A DNA stretch of 64,000 bases from an uncultured Eubacteriales bacterium. GTDB lineage: Bacteria > Bacillota > Clostridia > Oscillospirales > CAG-272. The notes below the pieces were generated by a model, which was given only the letters and a program-made list of their open reading frames with translations, did no database searches and was not told the origin of the DNA. Shown piece after piece: positions 56,240 through 64,000 of this stretch (position 1 is the first letter of the stretch; each line of letters begins with the position of its first letter). Location of the stretch: assembly GCA_934503195.1 (NCBI GenBank), contig CAKSVM010000001.1, positions 27,414-91,413 on the forward strand, in the 5' to 3' direction. A program made the position numbers and the translations under genes.

Positions 56240-57723
56240 TCACTCTATATCCTCAAGCTGCTTTACCAGATCCTCGATATACTTGTCAGCGGCCGATTTG
56301 TTCGACTCGTAGAAGGAGGTGATGTCCTTATTCTTCGCCTCGAGAAGTTTGCGATAGGTCTTGTCCTGAGTGAATACGAAGGATCCGCCGTACTGGAGCG
56401 CGCCGACGAAATCGTATCTGCGGCTGTCAAGGATGAGATCGATCATCTCGACCGATTCCTCGTCGCGGACACCCTTTGTGGTCAGAGCGACGTCATAGAT
56501 CGCCGGACGGAGTTCCTTATAGCTGTACGCGCTCAGGCACTCGACGACGTATCCGATCATCCCGGCCTTTTCTGCCGTCAGGGTTTTCGGAAGCATGAAG
56601 CCGCCGTGACGCGGGAGAACGTAGGTCATGTACTCCTGATCCTCGGTGAGCTTGGGGAACGGAAGCACGCCGTACTCGTCGGACATTGAACGCATCGTGT
56701 CCTCCATGAAGTACTGGATGAACATCGGCGAGAATACTCCGTGTCCCTCGGCGAACTTCTTTATATAGTCATAGAAATTATCCTGCTGATTCCGCTGGAC
56801 AACGCACGCGCCGGTGTTTTCATAGAGGAGCGAGTAGCATTTTTCAAACGACTCTACGAGTCTTTCGGAATAGAAGCAGATTTCGGGATAATCGTCCGCG
56901 TTCTTTTCGAGCGCGTAGATTCCGTTTGTCAGCATGAAGGCGTCAAGCGGACCGCCCACGTCGAGATAGAGTCCGTAAATGTCGTCAACATCCGGCTTTC
57001 CGTCGCCATTCGTGTCGGAATAGACGTTCTTCGTAAGTTCGCCGAGCTTGTCGAGCGTCCATTTGCCTTCCTTGACGATCTCGTTGAGTCCGGTGATCTT
57101 CCACTCCCCGGCCAGACGCTTGTTGTAGGCAAACGCCCACGCGCAGGTCATATTGGTCGCCAGCGCGTCGGAGAAGATCATAAACTGATTGTTTCCGATC
57201 GTGAAGGTATCGTTCGCGTCCTTTACGTACCACGGGTTTGAGAGGTCATAGCCCTCGATCCCGTCCCAGCTTCTGAGAACATCCTTCGTGAAGATGCTTC
57301 CGAGCGCGTAGACCTTGAAGGCGAAGGTGTCAAACGCGTCGTCGCCCGCCAGAACCGTGTTCGTGAAGAGCTTTATCGCGTCGTATTCGGTGTTGGCGTC
57401 GTCATAGACGAGCTTGACTCCGAGTCGGTTCTCGGTTTCGAGATTGCGCTTGAAGAGTGCGTCGTCAACGACGTCTCCGGTCTGCTCGGCGTAAAGAAAC
57501 TCGTCGCGCTTGCCGTAGGAGGAGTTGTAGGAGAGAATGTTGATCTCGGTTTCGCCGAAATCCTTCTCGGGGAGTGTCGAATAGATATCGGTCGTCACCG
57601 CGTCGGTGGACGTGTCGCCAGAACTAGTTGTTACCGTACCCCCCCCGTTGGAACTTTTTCCGCACAGGAAAAGGTTGAGAGGATAATTGCCGTGAGAAGT
57701 GCAAGGGAAATCGCTTTTTTCAT
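56240..57723 (-). pseudogene. solute-binding lipoprotein paralogue, frameshifted in a G8 tract between the signal peptide and the mature domain
   Basis: ATG 57723 (RBS AAAGGAA) encodes MKKAISLALLTAIILSTFSCAEKVPTGG, then stops after the G8 run (57639-57646). The mature domain (ORF 56240..57598) is in another frame; one extra G restores a single ORF. Confidence 0.75.
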
Positions 57724-57798
57724 GGTAGTATTCCTTTCTTTATTTTTCACGGCGCGGGCGGATTTTCCCGCACCGCTTTCATTTTTTGATGTTTTTCG

Positions 57799-59016
57799 TC
57801 AGTCGTAGGTGACACCGAATTTCTTTTTGCAGACCTCGGAGAGATCTGGCTTGCCCCACGACTTATTAAGATTCGTGAAGCCGAGATCCTGCGGCGTGCG
57901 GTAGTCGGGAAGATTGTCGCACTCGGTAAGCTCGGCGCGGATCGCCTCCAGGTATCTGAAGCCGTACTCGACACTCGGCGAGACGTAATGTCCCTCGTCC
58001 CACTCGTTCCAGTTGTCGATCATAAAGATCTTCTTGCCCCACGCGCCGTCGGGGAGCGCGTCGGCTGCCTTTTTCATCCGGCGGATGACCTTGCGGAATC
58101 CGTCGGGAGTCAGATGGTATGGAGTCTCGCGGGCGAAGTTGAAGCCCATGCTGTTCCAGTGCTCGGTGCATCGCGGCGCGGCGTCGCGGAAGCAGGAAGC
58201 CGTCGGGATCGTCCGCATAGGATCGGCCTCAAAGCGTTTTTCGAGAATCGAACACTGCCCTTCGATTATCTCGCTGTCGGGCGGAAGTGGATCCTTCGGC
58301 GAATATCCGGAGTTGTAGCCGAAATGGAAGTCGTATCCGCGCTCGGCGCACTCGGCATAGACGGCGGGAACCGAGCCGTCGTTCCAGACGCAGGCGGCTA
58401 TTATCAGTCCGTCAAAGCCGCGCGACTTTGCGTATTCGCGGCATTTGTCGAAGATCTTTCTCTGCTCCTCGGGCGTTCCGAGATCCTTGTTCAGGTCGGC
58501 GATTGAGCAGACGAAAAGCACAGGCTTGTTGTCGATCTTAAGATAATTATCGCGACTGAAATAGTTGTCGACCCAGAAGGGCATCAGGTTTTCAAGAAGA
58601 TCCCCGGGCGACGTCGAACTCCATCTGACACGGCTGTTCTCGAACATGATCGCGAACTTCATGAAATTCTGATACTTAGAATTGAAGAGAGCCTCGTGGA
58701 GTCCGTGCGCGCAGCGGAGCGACTTTTCGGTCACGGGCTTGCCCTCGAATTCCTTCAGTCTGTACCAGCAGTGGATGAAGCAGTTGACACCGTGTTCGAC
58801 CGCCCATTTGATCTCCCAGTCGGCGACGTCGGGGCTTTCCTCGTCGTAGTAGCCCATCAGCGGCGTGCGTTCGGGATAGGGATGAAGATCGTCAAATCCG
58901 CCGTGAATCAGAGCCGCGCCCTTCTTCCACGCTGCGTAGTAATGCGCGGCGACAATCCGGTCGGTCGTCGCGGGCATCGGCACGGGAATCTCATCTGAAA
59001 GCTTTATTTTGTACAT
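57799..59016 (-). CDS. GH99-like / WbsX-like glycan-active protein (tentative)
   Basis: Start ATG 59016 preceded by AAGGAG. AHYYAAWKKG...PLMGYYDEESPDVADWEIKWAVEHGVNCFIHCWY resembles the WbsX/GH99-like family as I recall it. Confidence 0.55.
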   Translation of the reverse strand: MYKIKLSDEIPVPMPATTDRIVAAHYYAAWKKGAALIHGGFDDLHPYPERTPLMGYYDEESPDVADWEIKWAVEHGVNCFIHCWYRLKEFEGKPVTEKSLRCAHGLHEALFNSKYQNFMKFAIMFENSRVRWSSTSPGDLLENLMPFWVDNYFSRDNYLKIDNKPVLFVCSIADLNKDLGTPEEQRKIFDKCREYAKSRGFDGLIIAACVWNDGSVPAVYAECAERGYDFHFGYNSGYSPKDPLPPDSEIIEGQCSILEKRFEADPMRTIPTASCFRDAAPRCTEHWNSMGFNFARETPYHLTPDGFRKVIRRMKKAADALPDGAWGKKIFMIDNWNEWDEGHYVSPSVEYGFRYLEAIRAELTECDNLPDYRTPQDLGFTNLNKSWGKPDLSEVCKKKFGVTYD

Positions 59017-59020
59017 AATC

Positions 59021-61537
59021 TTACTCCTTTTCGGTAAATTTCCAGTCCTTGTCGGGCAGGAGATCGGGTGTGCGGAGGAACTCAAGCTTCCGGAAGTCAC
59101 CGATATTCTCCTTTTCCTGAATCATCACCGAGACCTTTCCGGAGACATGATCCGCCACGTAGCATCCGCGTTTCTCGTCGAACTTTGCCTCGAACGCCGG
59201 ACCCTTCCATGTTCCCCAGAACTTCGCCACCCACGCGAGTCCGCCCTTTGGCGGGAAGATCGTCAGAGTCGCGTCGTCAAGGCCGAAGATCGAATAGAGT
59301 TCGTCCGCGTTGAGATATGTCTCGGGATTGTCGCGCTTGACGCAGATTTTCGCCTTCTTCGACTGCTTTATGAAGACGCGGCAGTCGGTGTGAACCCAGC
59401 GCGAGAGCGGATAAAGTCCGGTGTCGTTCTCGATCGTGAACTCGGTGTTGTCAAAGGCGGGCGCGCCGTCGGGCGTCGTGAAGCGCATTCTGATTGAGGC
59501 GTCTTTCGCGAAGAGGTTGTAGATCACGGCACTGCGGCACTTCGCGAGCTGCACGATCGGCAGATTGTCGTCGACGTTGAAGCACTCAAAAGTCATCGGA
59601 TATCCGAAAAGCTCGAGCGCGGCGCGGGAAAGCAGCGCGGTCGGGAAGAATCTTGACGGCGCGAGCTTTATCGGGAGCGGATATTTCGGATTCGTGTCGT
59701 GCGGGAAGGAGCCGCGGATCCAGACGAGTCCAAGATTCTTGTTATAGGTCATGTAAGCTCTCGTTTCGCCGTCCTTTGAAACGATCGCCGTGACCCTTGT
59801 CGAGCCGTCTGACACTTCACCGATTCCGCCGTTTGAAACGAGCGGCGGATGCGAGATCACCGACGCGTATCTGTTCGTCTCGGAGACATCGAGCATGAGG
59901 TCGGTCGAGAAGCCGAGCGTACCATCAATCTCGGAGGAATATCCGGTTCCGGCCGCCTTTCTGAGCTTTTCGGACGCGTTCCGGAGGCTTCCGACGAGAA
60001 TAACCTTTCCGCCCTTTTCCATGACCTCGAAGAGCGAATCTTCAAGCGCGCTTCCGGCCTTCGGAACCGGAGTCAGCAGGATTGTGTCGGTGAGCTTTGA
60101 CTTGTCGGCCGCGATGAAATTTTTGTCCGAGATTACGCTGTTGATCGGAAGTCCCATGTCGACCGCGCTCTCGACGAACCAGTCGTCCATGAATATGTCG
60201 GCGAGCTTGCCCTCGGCGAGTCCGAGCTCGCAGTAAGCGTCGAACGGATAAACCCACGTGACGAGTCCGGGCGCGTCGGGATAGTCGTTGTAGGCCGTCA
60301 GGAGATGCGGGATAACCTCGTTCGGGCAGCGTTCGGGAAGACGTCCGAAGGAGTCGTCCGCGCTTAAGAACGCGAGTCCGAAGGGCTTTGTGACCTCAAG
60401 CTTCTCGTCGAGTCTGGCGAGCGCGAGCGGGAGATAGATATCGTGCGGACTGCGGTCGTAGCGGTCGAACCACGGGGAGTTGAGCCACCACGGGTCGTGA
60501 ATGTAGTAGCGGAGATTGAAGCCCTTTTCGGGAAGCTCGGCGATATGCGACATAAATCCGGCAAGCTCGAGTCCGAAGCGGTAGTTGAGCGGTGCCCACG
60601 GGGAGTTGGGCGGCGCGACGAGGTTCTTCTGCGAGTAGATCACGTCGATCGGGCATCCGTGCGCCGAGATGTCCATTCCGGCCGAGAGATTCGATCCGCG
60701 CGTCTCGACTCTTGTGTCGCCGATCGCCCCGGTGAAGTATTTCCAGAACTCGGCGATGTTCTCGCGGACCTTTTCGGCTCCGTCGAAGTTGAATTTCGTT
60801 CCGTCGAAAAGCTCTCCCGTCCAGTTCCACGACGCCAGCGAGAAGCCGAAGCCGTTCGAGAGCCAGATGTAATCGAATCCGAGGTCGCGTCTCATAGCCA
60901 TGAACTGACGGCCGAGGAACTCGCCGATATGGGTTCCCTCCGGGATTCCGTCGGGATAAGCGGCGTAATGGCGGTCGTCGGCGTGGAGTCTTGAAGCGCA
61001 GTGGAGCCACAGTTTCGATCCCATGATGTTTCCCTTCGAGATTTCGGGGTGACGCTCATACTTGAAGGACGAGTAGGCGAACTCGGGTCCCGGATCGAAG
61101 GTCTCGCCGACCTCGATGTCGAATCCGGTCAGCTTCTTGCCGATCTTCTTCATCGCGGCGATTATCCGTTTGAGGTCGCCGTAGGTCATCTCGGGTGGAT
61201 TCTCCATGTAGTGGATCGGGAAGGCGTGGAGCGAGAGACGGTCGGGACGGTCCTTCGGCGGGGTCTGGCGATCCCAGTTTCCGATTCCTATGTACTTGCA
61301 CCACTCAAAGCTGTCCTCGGGGTCGCCCGTGTAGTCAAGGATCTCGGAGCCGTCGCTCGTCCAGAAGAGGACGGCGCATCCGGTCGCGTATTTCAGGAGC
61401 GGACGCCACTGTGTGAAGAGTTCGCAGGCGATCTTTTCAAAGGCCTCGTCGGATTTGTCGTAGCCGAAGGGCTTCAGGCTTATTTCAAGGCAGACGCGCC
61501 CGGCGGTCGTCGTGGAGCGGTATTCGTAGTTGAACAT
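59021..61537 (-). CDS. uncharacterised 838-aa cytoplasmic protein, putative novel glycoside hydrolase/phosphorylase
   Basis: Long ORF translationally coupled to both neighbours. ATG 61537 is preceded by AAGGAG. No signal peptide and no motif I can assign. Confidence 0.6.
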   Translation of the reverse strand: MFNYEYRSTTTAGRVCLEISLKPFGYDKSDEAFEKIACELFTQWRPLLKYATGCAVLFWTSDGSEILDYTGDPEDSFEWCKYIGIGNWDRQTPPKDRPDRLSLHAFPIHYMENPPEMTYGDLKRIIAAMKKIGKKLTGFDIEVGETFDPGPEFAYSSFKYERHPEISKGNIMGSKLWLHCASRLHADDRHYAAYPDGIPEGTHIGEFLGRQFMAMRRDLGFDYIWLSNGFGFSLASWNWTGELFDGTKFNFDGAEKVRENIAEFWKYFTGAIGDTRVETRGSNLSAGMDISAHGCPIDVIYSQKNLVAPPNSPWAPLNYRFGLELAGFMSHIAELPEKGFNLRYYIHDPWWLNSPWFDRYDRSPHDIYLPLALARLDEKLEVTKPFGLAFLSADDSFGRLPERCPNEVIPHLLTAYNDYPDAPGLVTWVYPFDAYCELGLAEGKLADIFMDDWFVESAVDMGLPINSVISDKNFIAADKSKLTDTILLTPVPKAGSALEDSLFEVMEKGGKVILVGSLRNASEKLRKAAGTGYSSEIDGTLGFSTDLMLDVSETNRYASVISHPPLVSNGGIGEVSDGSTRVTAIVSKDGETRAYMTYNKNLGLVWIRGSFPHDTNPKYPLPIKLAPSRFFPTALLSRAALELFGYPMTFECFNVDDNLPIVQLAKCRSAVIYNLFAKDASIRMRFTTPDGAPAFDNTEFTIENDTGLYPLSRWVHTDCRVFIKQSKKAKICVKRDNPETYLNADELYSIFGLDDATLTIFPPKGGLAWVAKFWGTWKGPAFEAKFDEKRGCYVADHVSGKVSVMIQEKENIGDFRKLEFLRTPDLLPDKDWKFTEKE

Positions 61538-61550
61538 TGATATTCTCCTT

Positions 61551-62987
61551 TCAGTCAAGCGGCTTTTCGAGCTTTATATTCATCATCCGCGCGAAGGTCT
61601 CGATTTCGGCCGAGCGGTCGCCGATTCCGAGCGCGAGATGGTGAGTCGGGCCCGCGGAGCACCAGCGTTCGACAAACTCGTTCGCGGGGACTCTGAAATG
61701 GCACTTCGTGTTGGTGTTTCCGGTCGCGGGAATCGCGCCGGGACGCGACTCGCCGGGAGCCGAGATCAGCTTGAAGCTTCCGTCGCGCGAAACCGAGCAG
61801 GAAAGGAGCGAGATCGGCCCGGTCTTCAGCTTGAACTCGACCGAAACGCCCGCGCCCGGCTTGCCGTGGAACTTCTTGAGCTTCCGGAGCACCGGACGTC
61901 CGTCGCTTATATTTATGTTGTGCGGTCCGTCGTGGCCGATGAGGACGATATCGTCAACGACGTCGAAAGGATGAAGCTCGGCGAAGGAGCCTCCGCCGCC
62001 GACGCGGTTCATGATCAGCATCGCGGCGGCCGTCTTGAGGTCGGCCTCTCCGGCGAGCGGAATTCCGCGGCTTGTCAGAAGCGAGTTTCCGAGAATGAGA
62101 TTCGACGCGATCGTCTCGTATTCGTTGCCGTGTTCGCCCTTGTAGAAGTAGGCGAGTGCGGTGAGTCCGTTCTTCTCGACGAGCGTATCGAGTCCGATCG
62201 AGCATCTGGCGGCGAGTTCGAGGTCAGAATCGTGGACATAATCGGTCAGCGGATCGTTTGAGGGTTCGCGGATATCGAAGATCGACTTGAACTCGGTGAT
62301 CTTTTCTTTGACCTCAGCGTCGGTCGCGGCGTGGACGTACTCGATGAGCTCGCACATTTCGAGCATCTTGACGTGCGCGCCGAAGGTTCCCGAAAACGCG
62401 GTCGGGTCGGTGTTCATGTCATACATTCCGTCGTAGGTGTGGCCGAGGTAACCGAACTTCGCGTACTTGAAGGCCGCGACAGCCGAGATCGCGCGCTCAT
62501 AGATTCCGATCCGCCCGGCGATTTTCTCGCGGTTTCCGGCGGTCTCGACGATGAAGAAGGGCTTTTGCGCGCCGAGTCTCTCGTAAACTCCGGCAAACTC
62601 GGGCATCGAGCAGATATCGTCGTTCACGAGCTGCATATAGGTCGTCGTCTTCGAGTAGTCGAGGCGATCGAGCGGCTGGAGGCCGACGAGAATCTGCGGG
62701 ATTTTCAGGTACTTCGCGAAGGGGAAGACGACCTGGGAGGTGATATAGGTCGACATGACGACAAAGAGCGCGTCAAGATCGGCGGTGAGAGCCTTTTTGA
62801 GACAGATGAAGGAACTGTCGATATCGTCGGCGTAGCCGAGGTCGATCGTCTCGACGTTATCCGAAAAATATCCGGCGAGTTCGGTCTGCTTTTTCTTAAG
62901 CTCGTCGAGGAGTCCGTCGAACTGCGGCCAGTAGATGAAGTGACCCATTCCGATGATTCCGACGCGGGGTTTTCTGGTATGTATCAT
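61551..62987 (-). CDS. L-arabinose/L-fucose isomerase family protein
   Basis: 478 aa; PRVGIIGMGHFIYW N-terminus and GEADLKTAAAMLIMNRVGGGGSFAELHPFD resemble the AraA/FucI fold. Confidence 0.6.
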   Translation of the reverse strand: MIHTRKPRVGIIGMGHFIYWPQFDGLLDELKKKQTELAGYFSDNVETIDLGYADDIDSSFICLKKALTADLDALFVVMSTYITSQVVFPFAKYLKIPQILVGLQPLDRLDYSKTTTYMQLVNDDICSMPEFAGVYERLGAQKPFFIVETAGNREKIAGRIGIYERAISAVAAFKYAKFGYLGHTYDGMYDMNTDPTAFSGTFGAHVKMLEMCELIEYVHAATDAEVKEKITEFKSIFDIREPSNDPLTDYVHDSDLELAARCSIGLDTLVEKNGLTALAYFYKGEHGNEYETIASNLILGNSLLTSRGIPLAGEADLKTAAAMLIMNRVGGGGSFAELHPFDVVDDIVLIGHDGPHNINISDGRPVLRKLKKFHGKPGAGVSVEFKLKTGPISLLSCSVSRDGSFKLISAPGESRPGAIPATGNTNTKCHFRVPANEFVERWCSAGPTHHLALGIGDRSAEIETFARMMNIKLEKPLD

Positions 62988-63070
62988 AAAAAAATAATCT
63001 CCGTTTTTTTATTCAGTCAGACTGACTGTCACAATATAATGATATCATGATTTATGCCGCTTGTAAATGG

Positions 63071-63101
63071 ACAAATCGACCAAATTAGCACAAATCGACC
63101 A
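63071..63101 (+). promoter_or_regulatory. 12-bp direct repeat ACAAATCGACCA x2 (19-bp period), candidate AraC-type operator
   Basis: Exact repeats at 63071-63082 and 63090-63101, in the divergent region between the isomerase operon and the AraC gene; a partial third copy ACAAATCA at 63123. Confidence 0.5.
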
Positions 63102-63119
63102 CTTGCAGCGATTTTTCTC

Positions 63120-63148
63120 TTGACAAATCAAGAAAGATATTGTAAAAT
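63120..63148 (+). promoter_or_regulatory. sigma-A promoter (TTGACA -17- TGtAAAAT)
   Basis: Hexamers at 63120-63125 and 63143-63148. Confidence 0.6.
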
Positions 63149-63161
63149 TAGAACGGAGGCG

Positions 63162-63995
63162 ATGGAAATGATAAACTCGGTTCAGGTAGCGGATTTTGAC
63201 ATAAGAATAAAGGAGCTTCTGCTCGTCCACCGGAACACCTTTGTCCACAGGTTCAAGTGGACCGAATACCGGACGGGGAGGATAATCGACGGCATGACCT
63301 TCTGCGTCTCAGGCCGGGCGGTTTTCGATTACGGAGACAACAGCTTTGAGCTTTCGGCCGGACAGGGAGTCTTTCTCACGGCGTCGAGCTCGTATGTTGT
63401 GCGGTGCGAGAGCGAGGAGCCGTTCATCCACTACACGATGAATTTCACGCTGGAGCGTGAGGAGGCATCCGAGCAGACGGCGTTCTCGGAGATTTTAGCC
63501 GGGAATCTGCGGCACATAACTTCGTCCGAGAACGCTGGAATTTATCTTCCGAAGTTCGCCGAGCTTCTTTCGGTCTGGCAGAGCAAGAAGAGCGGCTATC
63601 GTGTTATGTCGAAGGCACTGGTCTATGAGATTCTGTATCTCTATTTCACTGACGCGGGGCGGGCGCACCGGAACAAGGACGAGTACAACAAGCTTCTCCC
63701 CGCCAAACGTATTCTTGACGACGACTACGCGGGTTCGCAGAGCGTGACCGAGCTTGCCGGAGTCTGCGGGATGAGCGAGACGAGCTTCAGGCGGATGTTC
63801 GCGAAGGTTTTCGCTATGCCGCCGACCGAGTACCGGATAAACAAAAGGATCCTCCGTGCGAAGGATCTTCTGCTTTCGGGGCAGTATTCGGTGAGCGAGG
63901 CGGCAAGCGAGGTCGGATTTTCGGATCCGAACTATTTCACGAGGGTATTCAGGGCGCGCGAGGGGATTTCGCCGTCCGAGTTCATAAAGGGATAA
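63162..63995 (+). CDS. AraC family transcriptional regulator
   Basis: C-terminal HTH (VGFSDPNYFTRVFRAREGISPSEF). Start at ATG 63162 or 63168, after GGAGG. Confidence 0.8.
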   Translation: MEMINSVQVADFDIRIKELLLVHRNTFVHRFKWTEYRTGRIIDGMTFCVSGRAVFDYGDNSFELSAGQGVFLTASSSYVVRCESEEPFIHYTMNFTLEREEASEQTAFSEILAGNLRHITSSENAGIYLPKFAELLSVWQSKKSGYRVMSKALVYEILYLYFTDAGRAHRNKDEYNKLLPAKRILDDDYAGSQSVTELAGVCGMSETSFRRMFAKVFAMPPTEYRINKRILRAKDLLLSGQYSVSEAASEVGFSDPNYFTRVFRAREGISPSEFIKG

Positions 63996-64000
63996 AATGA

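Noticed and set aside
494-61010. Many long ORFs in the track lie antisense to, or overlap, the called genes. Examples: 494..1036(-), 1639..2538(-), 15146..15796(+), 22988..23914(-), 25022..25981(+), 32769..33479(+), 52067..53221(+), 60396..61010(-)
   Set aside because: They are Arg/Gly/Ala/Pro-rich shadow ORFs, typical of the non-coding frames of high-GC genes. Each overlaps a gene with clear family motifs and a proper RBS.
1-64000. CRISPR arrays, rRNA genes and IS elements/transposases
   Set aside because: I saw no regularly spaced direct repeats, no rRNA-like conserved stretches, and no DDE or serine/tyrosine recombinase-like ORFs on either strand.

Overview
High-GC (about 58% by eye) Firmicutes/Clostridia-type chromosomal segment, with spoVG, murC, rplS, tex, an rsuA-like gene and galT, TGnTATAAT extended -10 promoters and GGAGG-type RBSs. 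I support about 45 CDS, 3 tRNAs, one THF riboswitch, 3 pseudogenes or frameshifted genes and about 18 intrinsic terminators. I recognised no rRNA, CRISPR array, transposase or integrase.

Two background themes:
- 1-27 kb holds housekeeping genes.
- The rest is a glycan-utilisation landscape: GH95, GH43, GH127, a GH99/WbsX-like protein, an AraA-like isomerase, Gfo/Idh/MocA and MDR dehydrogenases, five lipoprotein solute-binding proteins with no ABC permease or ATPase gene anywhere in the window, and five AraC regulators.

The stand-out is an ~8 kb single-gene block (30.4-38.5 kb). It lies between tRNA-Glu(CUC) and what looks like that tRNA's displaced 3' end plus terminator. It encodes a giant 2,567-aa multi-module protein, about 2,668 aa if an A9 homopolymer frameshift is bridged. 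The protein has an HExxH zincin motif, Gly/Ala-rich hydrophobic blocks, long coiled-coil-like tracts and an internal AT-rich module. The architecture recalls the polyvalent proteins of phages and conjugative elements, yet no other mobile-element gene is nearby.

Other notable points:
- a G8-tract frameshift separates the lipoprotein signal peptide from the body of one SBP paralogue
- a membrane-protein gene carries two in-frame stop codons
- an FAD-oxidoreductase gene is multiply frameshifted
- a palindromic terminator module occurs twice
- a GC-rich hairpin cluster sits in one convergent intergenic region

All product calls rest on motif recognition by eye; no database search was possible.
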